Source: an uncultured Bacilli bacterium (GTDB taxonomy: Bacteria; Bacillota_I; Bacilli_A; RF39; UBA660). Taken from it: a stretch of 64,000 nt of DNA. Numbering within the stretch: the stretch's first letter is position 1; every line of letters begins with the position of its first letter. The translations under genes and the position numbers were made by a program. The stretch is taken from assembly GCA_944363715.1 (NCBI GenBank), contig CALVUX010000007.1, positions 1,636 to 65,635 on the forward strand, written 5' to 3'. The notes beneath the pieces are model-generated. The model made no database searches and was not told the origin of the DNA. It saw only the letters and a list, made by a program, of their open reading frames with translations. Positions 36,758 through 45,392 of the stretch are shown here, piece by piece.

Positions 36758-36787
36758 ATTTTATCACATCATAAATAAATATGTAAA
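36758..36787 (-). promoter_or_regulatory. sigma-A type promoter (TTTACA-N18-TGaTAAAAT) for the leader ORF / 608-aa gene
   Basis: On the - strand, -35 is at 36782-36787 and the extended -10 TAAAAT at 36758-36763 with TG at 36765-36766. Confidence 0.5.
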
Positions 36788-36811
36788 GATTATCTAATTT
36801 TATTTATATTT

Positions 36812-37693
36812 TTAGTTCTTACTCTTTTTAGTGTTTTCTATAATATAATCATCTATATTGCTCAAGGTACAAACTAAGAAAAAATATTCTCTCATATACA
36901 TTAATACTTCACTTGCATTACCCCTAGAATAATAACCAGGCATACTATCTTCTTCTAGTTTTATAGTTTCTTTAAAGAACTTTATAAAATGCTTATTGTT
37001 TTTATTAATCATATCTAAATACTTTTTAGCATTACCATCATCTTCTTTTTTATAATATAATACGAATAATGGAAATAACATCTCTAAATTAATCTCTTCA
37101 TTATATTTTTTATATAAATCTAACATAGCTTTTTCATCTTCAATAACTGCATATAAAGCCATTAACAAGTATCTAGCACCTGTATTATCATTTTCATTTA
37201 ATCTAAGTATTTCTTTACAAACATCTATTGCTTTCTTATATTTACCTTGATTACTTAAATTATGTGCTTTAGTATAAAGTCCTCTAATATAAGGCCTTGT
37301 CTCAAAAAGCCCATAAAATGAACCAATGTTCTCTTTATCAAAAAAGCCTTCTTGTTCTAGTCTTTTCTTTTCAAATTCTAGACCTTCATTTAATATTTTT
37401 CTAGATTTAATAGAGTTGTCTTCTATATCTGCAAGAAATAGTTTAGCATCAAAGCAAGCATTACTTGTTTCAAAAGCTTTTTTAGCAAGTCTTTTTGCAT
37501 CTTTTATAGTCTTAGCATTTTCTGCTTCTTCTAATAGTTCATAAGCTTCATCTAAAGGAGTATTTTCATACTCTATTTTCCCATTGTTATACTGTTCAAA
37601 AAACTTTCCTAAAGCTTCATTTAACTCTTCTTCATTTTTAGCATCAGTATTTTCTAAAAATTCTTTTATCATGTTATTCATTTTATTATCCAT
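36812..37693 (-). CDS. TPR-like repeat protein
   Basis: Helical-repeat sequence (KYKKAIDVCKEILRLNENDNTGARYLLMALY). A GGAGG SD precedes the ATG at 37693; the track start at 37705 is TTG. Confidence 0.6.
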   Translation of the reverse strand: MDNKMNNMIKEFLENTDAKNEEELNEALGKFFEQYNNGKIEYENTPLDEAYELLEEAENAKTIKDAKRLAKKAFETSNACFDAKLFLADIEDNSIKSRKILNEGLEFEKKRLEQEGFFDKENIGSFYGLFETRPYIRGLYTKAHNLSNQGKYKKAIDVCKEILRLNENDNTGARYLLMALYAVIEDEKAMLDLYKKYNEEINLEMLFPLFVLYYKKEDDGNAKKYLDMINKNNKHFIKFFKETIKLEEDSMPGYYSRGNASEVLMYMREYFFLVCTLSNIDDYIIENTKKSKN

Positions 37694-37738
37694 GACTACC
37701 TCCAAAACTTCTTTTATTTATCATAACATATATTTCTT

Positions 37739-38644
37739 TTAATTTCTTCTATTTTTACTAATTAACTCTAAAGGAACTGTCAACTGTTTAATTCTTTCTA
37801 TTATTCTTTTCGCTTTTACTTTCTCAATACCACTATTAGTAATACTTAAAGAAGCTTCTAATTCACTTAAAGTTAAATTAGATGTAAAGAATGTAGGTAA
37901 TTCTTCTTCCATACGATACTGTAGTATTGGTCCTAATACTTCATCTCTACTCCATGATGTAGTATTCTCTGCTCCTATATCATCTAATAATAAAAGTGGG
38001 ACTGTCTTAATAAAGTCAAACTTCTCTTCATAATCACTTCCAAAAGATGATTTTAAACTTCTTAATAGTTCTGGATAATATACTAAAGCTGAAGATATGT
38101 TTTTCTTAGCAAGTTCATTAAAAAGTGCTGCTACTAAATAGGTTTTACCACTTCCAAAAGAACCACTTAAGTATAGTCCTTTACCTTTCTTATCTTTTAG
38201 ATAACTATCCATAAACTCTTTAAAGTATTTAAAGATAGGCAAACGTTTATTATCATCTCTATATGCTTTAGAAAAAGATGCTTCACTAATTTCCTTAGGT
38301 AAATCAAAACAAGTAATATTCTTTTTATAAGCATAAGTATTTTCTTCTTTAATAAGTTTATTACAAGGTATATAACTAAAGTTTAAACCATTATTATCTT
38401 TTAAAGCAGTATATACATGTCCTTTTAAAGTATTAGGACAATTTTTAAGTCCAGGACAGTCCTTACATGCTTTCTTTTCTTTAACAGCATCTTCTATACT
38501 AGCAGTATAATTAATTAAAACATCACTACTTACATCAAGATTATCTACATAATCTTTAAAATCTTTATCACCTAAAGCTTCCCCATAATAACTCTTTAAT
38601 TTAGTAATATCGCTTTTTTTAATTAATGTATTTACTTTTCTCAT
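37739..38644 (-). CDS. dnaI: primosomal helicase loader DnaI
   Basis: N-terminal Zn-binding CKDCPGLKNCPN, Walker A GSFGSGKTYL and Walker B LLLDDIGAE. Confidence 0.85.
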   Translation of the reverse strand: MRKVNTLIKKSDITKLKSYYGEALGDKDFKDYVDNLDVSSDVLINYTASIEDAVKEKKACKDCPGLKNCPNTLKGHVYTALKDNNGLNFSYIPCNKLIKEENTYAYKKNITCFDLPKEISEASFSKAYRDDNKRLPIFKYFKEFMDSYLKDKKGKGLYLSGSFGSGKTYLVAALFNELAKKNISSALVYYPELLRSLKSSFGSDYEEKFDFIKTVPLLLLDDIGAENTTSWSRDEVLGPILQYRMEEELPTFFTSNLTLSELEASLSITNSGIEKVKAKRIIERIKQLTVPLELISKNRRN

Positions 38645-38655
38645 TTCTTCACATC

Positions 38656-39117
38656 CTAACTAAGAGTTTTCGTATCTATATCTTCTAAAGACTTCTCATA
38701 ATCGTATATTGCATTAGCGATTACATAAAGTGTCGCTCCTTCTTTATTAGCATCGTCTTCCATACCATTTCGAGCAAACCTGTTTATTACTAAACTTGCT
38801 GCTTTTATCAATAAATTATAATGTTCATTTTCATCCATTCTTTTTGACACTTCTTCATCTGTTATAATTTTTGAATAATTACTTAAAGTCCAACCTGTTA
38901 AGTGATATAAACTATAATTTAAATTATGAAAAATACCAGGTGTAAAGAATGTTTCATCATCTATATTAGTAGCATAATTAGCAAGTGTTAAAAGATATCT
39001 ATCAACTACCTCATCATACTCTAACACTTCATCTTTATCAAAGCCTAATATTTTTCTTGTTCTTTCATCAATATTTTCCATACTGTACTTCATAAGTTCC
39101 ACTTCCCCTACTTCCAT
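38656..39117 (-). CDS. hypothetical protein (153 aa) occupying the position where dnaB/dnaD-type loader genes usually sit
   Basis: Intact ORF 11 nt upstream of dnaI with no recognisable motif. Confidence 0.5.
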   Translation of the reverse strand: MEVGEVELMKYSMENIDERTRKILGFDKDEVLEYDEVVDRYLLTLANYATNIDDETFFTPGIFHNLNYSLYHLTGWTLSNYSKIITDEEVSKRMDENEHYNLLIKAASLVINRFARNGMEDDANKEGATLYVIANAIYDYEKSLEDIDTKTLS

Positions 39118-39174
39118 TCTATCATTATTTTTAGATTTTTAACATCTTTTTTACTATTTCATAAACTATTACAG

Positions 39175-39405
39175 GTGATGTTTATGCGTTTTAAAGGAAA
39201 TAAACATAGTCCTTTCTGTAGATGTAATTTTTGCAAACAAAAAAGAAGAACCAGTATCTTCTATTTAGGAACTCTTCTTGCCCTTGCTGTCATTATCTGT
39301 TATCAAGCAGTACTTCTTTTATTTTTAGTTACAAGAATACATGCTTTACTATTATTGATAGAACTAGTGCTTTTCATAGTGCTTCTTGTCTTTCTCATTT
39401 TTTAA
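39175..39405 (+). CDS. possible small membrane protein (76 aa)
   Basis: It fills a 246-nt gap and has a basic Cys-containing N-terminus plus two hydrophobic segments. It overlaps the 3' end of the convergent gene and may be spurious. Confidence 0.25.
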   Translation: MMFMRFKGNKHSPFCRCNFCKQKRRTSIFYLGTLLALAVIICYQAVLLLFLVTRIHALLLLIELVLFIVLLVFLIF

Positions 39406-40230
39406 GATAAACTCACTAGTTAGTTTTAATCTATCAAAAAACTTAGTTAATTCTAAACACTTATTTAAACTAGAAGGATAGATATCTATTTTATCTGGTA
39501 TAGTTATATTTATAAGAAAATAAAGATACTCTTCTTCTTTATACTTATATCTATGTTGATAAAGTCTAAAATTACTTATCATATCAGTATCTTCATAATT
39601 TTTCTTAAAAAATCTAATAAAATCTTTACATGGTCTATCAATATGAGCTTTCTCTAAACTTATAAAATAATCTTTATCTGATGATATAAAATGACTTAAT
39701 TCACATTTACCATGAGCATAAACATATCTTTCTCTTCTTTTTTCTTTCATTATCTTATACCAAGAATCTACTAAATGTCTAGAATAGTTTAAGGCACTAT
39801 AGATAATAGATACATTTCTTATAAAGAGATATTCTGATGGTGCCATATATACTTTATTTTCTATAATATCTTGCATAGTAAAGTAATACTCTTCTAAGTA
39901 GTTTATTCTATTATTAAAAGAGTCATATTCTTCTTTTAATTTATCTTTATCTATCTCTTTATATATAGTAGTTTTATTTTGTAAATCTGTTAAAGCATAA
40001 ACTAAGTGTTTAGCAAGTTCATCATTATCTAATTCTCTTTTATCTAGATAGTTAAAGTATAATTCTCTATCAGTTATTTCAAAGGGTTTTAGATAGTTAT
40101 TAACATTATGATCATCTAAGTACTTATATATTTTATCTATATCATATTTCTTTTTTCTTTTAATTAAAATTCTATCGTCATCATAATCTATTACTTTAAT
40201 ATCTTTTAAGTAAGTATATTTATTTATCAC
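39364..40230 (-). CDS. YsxE/CotS-like spore coat protein (kinase-fold, degenerate)
   Basis: It lies immediately downstream of, and overlaps, the spoVID-like gene as in the B. subtilis spoVID-ysxE operon. AHGKCELSHF...HIDRP weakly resembles CotS-family motifs. Confidence 0.4.
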   Translation of the reverse strand: MINKYTYLKDIKVIDYDDDRILIKRKKKYDIDKIYKYLDDHNVNNYLKPFEITDRELYFNYLDKRELDNDELAKHLVYALTDLQNKTTIYKEIDKDKLKEEYDSFNNRINYLEEYYFTMQDIIENKVYMAPSEYLFIRNVSIIYSALNYSRHLVDSWYKIMKEKRRERYVYAHGKCELSHFISSDKDYFISLEKAHIDRPCKDFIRFFKKNYEDTDMISNFRLYQHRYKYKEEEYLYFLINITIPDKIDIYPSSLNKCLELTKFFDRLKLTSEFILKNEKDKKHYEKH

Positions 40231-41011
40231 TAACTTCTACCATCGTAGGAATAATTAGTTTAGCATCTACTTTTAAGTTATCTAAGTCATTATATTCTGA
40301 AAGTGCTTCTCTATTAGTATTATATTTAGACATAACTTCTTCTAGATTATCATCTTCTCTTAAGATATAAACTGAATAAGTAGAGTATGTTTCATCTGTA
40401 TTAGCGAATGCAGAAAAGATGGAATCCATTACTTGTTTATTATTAGTATCTTCTTTCATAGTAGATTCTACTTCTATAGACTCTTCCATCATAACAGGCA
40501 CTTCTTCTTTAACAGTAATATTTTCTAAACTTGGTAATTCTTCTACTTCTTCAAAACTAGGAAGTTCTTCTTTAGCACTTTCTTCTGTAGTTAGTACTTC
40601 TATCTCTTCTCTTGTACTATTATCTTCCTCATCACTAACATCTCTTACATCACTATTATCTTCTTCACTTTCCTCTTCTACTTCAATCTTCTCTAACCCT
40701 TCAATTATAAGTTCTACATTTATTTGTAAAGCCTCTTCATTAACTATTGCATAAGTAAAGTTATTTATATCTACTTTTCTTGTTTCTTCTTCTAAAGAAG
40801 TTGTAAGCATAATTTCAACTGGTACTTTATAATTAAAGTCTTCTTCTATAGTACTAGCTTCTGTCATTTTATAAGTACCGGATATTATCAAGTTACCTTC
40901 TATTTCACTATCATTAATAAAGGATAAATCAGGTTCTAATGAAATACTACTAATTTCCCCCACCATAGTTTTAAAAGCTATCTCTTTTTCTAAAGTTACT
41001 ATTTGTTTCAT
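40220..41011 (-). CDS. spoVID: SpoVID-like spore morphogenetic protein (N-domain, acidic linker, C-terminal LysM)
   Basis: The N-terminus is SpoVID-like (EISSISLEPDLSF...GNLIISGTYK), followed by a long E/D-rich region and a C-terminal LysM (YSVYILREDDNLEEVMSKYN...LIIP). Confidence 0.6.
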   Translation of the reverse strand: MKQIVTLEKEIAFKTMVGEISSISLEPDLSFINDSEIEGNLIISGTYKMTEASTIEEDFNYKVPVEIMLTTSLEEETRKVDINNFTYAIVNEEALQINVELIIEGLEKIEVEEESEEDNSDVRDVSDEEDNSTREEIEVLTTEESAKEELPSFEEVEELPSLENITVKEEVPVMMEESIEVESTMKEDTNNKQVMDSIFSAFANTDETYSTYSVYILREDDNLEEVMSKYNTNREALSEYNDLDNLKVDAKLIIPTMVEVSDK

Positions 41012-41062
41012 TTTTATCTCCTTTCCTTAGTTCTAATATATGATAATATAAAAAGATTATTA

Positions 41063-41686
41063 CTATATCTTCTTAGCAAAAGTAATAATCTTTTCTTCTT
41101 CTCTATTAGGAAATAATTCTAAGACACTATTAATTGAAACAACAGCTTCAGTATCATAATAATTTCTTTTCTCTAAGATATTTAATATGGTTAATAGATA
41201 ATTATTGGCTTTTCTATTAATACTATAATAATCACTAAACTCTTTCTTTAAATAACTTATAGAATGTAAAATGTAAGGATTACCTAAAAGATAATGATAG
41301 TTAGTTTCTCTTAATAGTAAATCATCTAATTCTAATAAATCTAAATAATCTATATAAGTAAAGACAAATTCTCTTTTTAAGTATTCACTTTCTATATATG
41401 ACCTTGCTCTTTTCTCTATTTCAGTATCACTTAATTCTTTTAATTCATTTAATCTATCTCTAGCATATCTATCATTATATATTGTAGATACTTCTAAAGC
41501 TGTGTTTAAAAAGTCTTCATTTACAAGGAAAAAGTTAGGTTCACTAACAAGTAGAGCATGTATTCCTTTGATAGTAGCATTATAATCATTAGTTTTTAAA
41601 ACTTCTAATCTATTATCATCTGTCATATCTGCTTTTATATTTAAAGCATAGCGTCTATTTTCTATAGATAAATCCCTTAGTTGCAT
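41063..41686 (-). CDS. hypothetical protein (207 aa), overlaps the lon stop by 10 nt
   Basis: Intact ORF, apparently translationally coupled to lon. No motif. Confidence 0.5.
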   Translation of the reverse strand: MQLRDLSIENRRYALNIKADMTDDNRLEVLKTNDYNATIKGIHALLVSEPNFFLVNEDFLNTALEVSTIYNDRYARDRLNELKELSDTEIEKRARSYIESEYLKREFVFTYIDYLDLLELDDLLLRETNYHYLLGNPYILHSISYLKKEFSDYYSINRKANNYLLTILNILEKRNYYDTEAVVSINSVLELFPNREEEKIITFAKKI

Positions 41687-43992
41687 ACTTCCTCACTAAC
41701 AAATAATTTTCTATATAATTCTTTATAATTAGATACATAAATAAATTCTAACTTACTTCTTATCTCTTTAGGTACATCTTTAACATCCTCTTTATTTTTT
41801 AAAGGTAGGTAAATAGTTTTAACTCCTTCTCTATATGCTCCTAATACTTTTTCTTTAACACCACCTATTTTTAAAATATCTCCTTGTAGTGTTATTTCTC
41901 CTGTCATCGCTATCTTAGTAGATATCTTAGTATTAGTAAAAGCACTAATTAAAGCAGTTGTAAGAGCGATACCTGCACTTGGTCCTTCTTTAGGAATAGC
42001 ACCCTCAGGTACATGGATATGTATATCATCATCAAAGATAGATTTAGATAGATTAAACTTCTTAGCATTAGATTTTATATAACTTAAAGCAATCTTAGCA
42101 GATTCTTGCATAACATCTCCTAATGAACCTGTTAAAACTAAATTAGAACTTCCTTTATAATGATTTACTTCTATAGGTAGTATATCTCCACCATACTCTG
42201 TATAAGCAAGGCCATTAACTACTCCCTTTAATTTAGTCTCTTTATTTTCCCTATTCGTATAAATCTTTCTATCTAAGTATTCTTCTAAGTCCTTACTAGT
42301 AATCTCATAAAACACTGGTTCATTAAGAGTTAAGACTTTTTTAACTATTTTTCTAAGTATCTTAGATATCAATCTCTCTAAATTTCTAACACCTGCTTCT
42401 TTTGTATAATAATTAATTATATCAAGTATTGCTTTATCACTAAAATTAACTTGTAAAGAAGTTAGTCCATGTTCATCTAAAGCTTTAGGTATTAAATAGT
42501 TTTTAGCGATAGATAATTTCTCATATTCAGTATATGAATCTAAGTAAATAATTTCTAATCTATCTCTAAGTTCAGGTGCTATTTGGTCTTCATAGTTAGC
42601 AGTGGCAATAAATAGGACATTAGATAGGTCATATTCTTCTTCTAAGTAATGATCATAAAAAGTACTATTCTGTTCTTTATCTAAGACTTCTAAAAGACTA
42701 CTAGCAGGATCTCCTCTATAGTTTTTAGTCATTTTATCTATCTCATCTATAATAAAGACAGGATTTGAACTACCACACTTTCTAATACCACTAATTATTC
42801 TACCAGGTAAGGCACCTACATAAGTTCTTCTATGACCCACAATTTCTGCTTCATCATTAACACCACCAACAGATACACTAATAAGACGTCTATTAAGGGC
42901 TTTTGCAATTGTTTTAGCAAGAGATGTCTTACCTACTCCAGGAGGTCCTATTAGACATAAAATAGGACTCTTTTCTTTAGGAGAATTCTGTTTAACAGCA
43001 ATATACTCTACAATTCTCTCCTTTACTTTAGAAAGACCATAATGACTATTATTTAAAGTATTTTCTATTTCTTTAATATCTGTAACATCACGAGTCTTAT
43101 AATCCCAAGGTAGGCTTAACATTAAATCAAGGTATTCTCTTAATATAGAAGCTTCAGGCACATTTTCATTTATAGATTTATAATGTTCTATTTCTTCTTT
43201 AATCTTATTTCTTACTTTATTAGAACATTTAAGTCTCTTTAATCTCTTATTAAAATTATCTATAGTTAAACTCTTACTACTAACAGTACCTAATTCATTA
43301 GATATTATTTTTAACTTCTCAGATAAATAATATTTTCTTTGATCATCATCTATTTTCTTATGAACTTTTACTTCTATTTCTTTTTCTAACTTAGCAAGTG
43401 TTATTTCTTCTTTTAATTGACTAACAAGCCTCATCGCTCTTTTAATAGAATTAAGTTCATATAGATATTCTTTCTTAACATCAGGTGATAAATTAAGAAA
43501 AGATACTATAAAATCAGTTAATTTATCTAAGTCCTTAATAGAAGATATCTCCCCTAACATAGCATTACTAACACTAGATATCTCTCTTACATATTTTTCA
43601 TAATTACGATATAACATATTTAAGTATTTATCTTCTTCGATAATATTATCTTTATTAGTTTCTATTTCTTTATAATTAGCATAATATATACCATTTTCTT
43701 CTTCATAAGAAGATATCTCTATTCTTTTTAAACCTATAAAGATATAACGCATTTTTGAGTTTGGAATATTTAATTTTAAAGTTAAGGTTGCTAAAAGACC
43801 TATTTTAGGAAACTCTGTTACATCATCAGTACTAATATTATCAATAGAGTGAATTATAACTAATTCTTTATTATCTGCTCTATCTACTGCATCAATAAGT
43901 CCTTGTTCGTAAAAATCTACAGTCTCTCCCCGATACTCCATTCCTGGAAAAATTATTGCATTATTAATAATTAAAATAGGTAACTTCGCCAT
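41677..43992 (-). CDS. lon: ATP-dependent Lon protease (LonA)
   Basis: LON N-domain, AAA+ motifs (GPPGVGKTS, FIIDEIDK) and a protease domain with PKEGPSAGIA. Confidence 0.95.
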   Translation of the reverse strand: MAKLPILIINNAIIFPGMEYRGETVDFYEQGLIDAVDRADNKELVIIHSIDNISTDDVTEFPKIGLLATLTLKLNIPNSKMRYIFIGLKRIEISSYEEENGIYYANYKEIETNKDNIIEEDKYLNMLYRNYEKYVREISSVSNAMLGEISSIKDLDKLTDFIVSFLNLSPDVKKEYLYELNSIKRAMRLVSQLKEEITLAKLEKEIEVKVHKKIDDDQRKYYLSEKLKIISNELGTVSSKSLTIDNFNKRLKRLKCSNKVRNKIKEEIEHYKSINENVPEASILREYLDLMLSLPWDYKTRDVTDIKEIENTLNNSHYGLSKVKERIVEYIAVKQNSPKEKSPILCLIGPPGVGKTSLAKTIAKALNRRLISVSVGGVNDEAEIVGHRRTYVGALPGRIISGIRKCGSSNPVFIIDEIDKMTKNYRGDPASSLLEVLDKEQNSTFYDHYLEEEYDLSNVLFIATANYEDQIAPELRDRLEIIYLDSYTEYEKLSIAKNYLIPKALDEHGLTSLQVNFSDKAILDIINYYTKEAGVRNLERLISKILRKIVKKVLTLNEPVFYEITSKDLEEYLDRKIYTNRENKETKLKGVVNGLAYTEYGGDILPIEVNHYKGSSNLVLTGSLGDVMQESAKIALSYIKSNAKKFNLSKSIFDDDIHIHVPEGAIPKEGPSAGIALTTALISAFTNTKISTKIAMTGEITLQGDILKIGGVKEKVLGAYREGVKTIYLPLKNKEDVKDVPKEIRSKLEFIYVSNYKELYRKLFVSEEVCN

Positions 43993-44021
43993 TTATATTC
44001 CTCCCCAAAGAACTAATATTT

Positions 44022-44049
44022 ATTATAGCGAATTTTTAAAATTTGACAA
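44022..44049 (-). promoter_or_regulatory. sigma-A promoter (TTGTCA-N16-TATAAT) of lon
   Basis: Hexamers on the - strand at 44044-44049 and 44022-27. A GGGGAGG SD precedes the lon ATG. Confidence 0.55.
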
Positions 44050-44080
44050 TAGAAAAGAACAAGTTTTTTTCTTGTTCTTT
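44050..44080 (-). terminator. intrinsic terminator of the pilin operon
   Basis: AAAGAACAAG-T7-CTTGTTCTTT 10-bp hairpin just downstream of the 44100 pilin gene. Confidence 0.6.
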
Positions 44081-44099
44081 AGTTAGTAATTTTTATTTT

Positions 44100-44690
44100 T
44101 TAACCAATTACACCTGAAACTGTGCAACTTGCTGGATTACCATCAGCATCTTCTAATTGTGCATATGTTGTATTACTAATTCCTTTAAATAATTTTATTG
44201 TATCTCCTTTAGAAAGATCAGCTTGGAAATTTCCTTCACTACCAACGTCTTTTTCAACTACTAAATCACCATCAAGTGTACTTTCTAACAATACTCCAAA
44301 ACCATTGCCGACTTTATCTTCCATTTGAATAAAATATTCATACTTGTCTTGACCACTAGTTGTGTTATTAAATATTATAATATAACTATTATTTGTATAA
44401 TCTTGTCCAAATGAACTTTCATGAGAACCACTTTCAAGAGCAATAGAATTTGTTGGTACAGCTAAACATTGCCCTCTTGCAGGCATCAAATCTGAGTCGT
44501 ATTCTCCATTTACAAAACTAAGTCTTGCCGCATTAGCATATTGTAATGCTGTTGTAACAAATGTATCTTTCTTAGCATCTCTAATATAACCAGACATTGC
44601 TGTAATAGCTAGTGTCATCAATATAGCTAAAATAATGATAACAGCTAGTAATTCAATTAAAGTGAATCCCTTTCTATTAACTTTTCTCAT
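44100..44690 (-). CDS. type IV pilin / pseudopilin (prepilin-type N-terminal cleavage/methylation domain)
   Basis: The class III signal RKGFTLIELLAVIIILAIL is present. A GGAGG SD precedes the ATG at 44690 (MRKVNRKG...). Confidence 0.85.
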   Translation of the reverse strand: MRKVNRKGFTLIELLAVIIILAILMTLAITAMSGYIRDAKKDTFVTTALQYANAARLSFVNGEYDSDLMPARGQCLAVPTNSIALESGSHESSFGQDYTNNSYIIIFNNTTSGQDKYEYFIQMEDKVGNGFGVLLESTLDGDLVVEKDVGSEGNFQADLSKGDTIKLFKGISNTTYAQLEDADGNPASCTVSGVIG

Positions 44691-44736
44691 TACATTGACC
44701 TCCATATCTTACTCTTAAATCATAACAAAATTTCTA

Positions 44737-45249
44737 TTAACTGTCAATAATATTTGTAACAGTATATCCATTCAAATTAATTCCAACAACTGGAGTTATT
44801 ATGTTTAACTCTTCACCTTTTGCAACGTTTTTTCCTGCACTTTCTTTATTTAAATCATCTCTACTCATTAATGGTATTCCTCTTGTATCACCATCAAAAT
44901 TTTCAACAATAGTTGCCATATATTCATAACTATTGCCATTCCTTGCAACCACTACATATGAATTTTGCAAGTCATAACTTCCACCTTCAGGGCCTTCATT
45001 AAAATCACTTAAGTCCAAGTTACCTAATGGTATTACAATACAATTACCATTCGTAGGCAATTCAATATCAGTATTACTCCTTACTTCATATTCTGCTAAA
45101 GTAATCATTCTTTTAGCATCTTCAACATAAGTATTCTGCTTGTTTTTATCAATAGTACTCATTACATTAGGAACTGCAACAAGCATTAAAAGCGCAAGTA
45201 TTGCTATAGTCGCTAACAACTCTATTAATGTAAAACCTTTTTTATTCAT
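44737..45249 (-). CDS. type IV pilin / pseudopilin (prepilin-type N-terminal cleavage/methylation domain)
   Basis: MNKKGFTLIELLATIAILALL. Confidence 0.85.
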   Translation of the reverse strand: MNKKGFTLIELLATIAILALLMLVAVPNVMSTIDKNKQNTYVEDAKRMITLAEYEVRSNTDIELPTNGNCIVIPLGNLDLSDFNEGPEGGSYDLQNSYVVVARNGNSYEYMATIVENFDGDTRGIPLMSRDDLNKESAGKNVAKGEELNIITPVVGINLNGYTVTNIIDS

Positions 45250-45392
45250 TGCATCACTTCCCTACCTTTATTACATTATAGCATTTTTTTATCTATAAGG
45301 AAAGTGCGTTTTTTGATAAAAACCGAATTTTTGTATTGACGAACGTATATTTTATATAGTACACTTAAGTTACAAGAAAGAGGGTTCGTATT

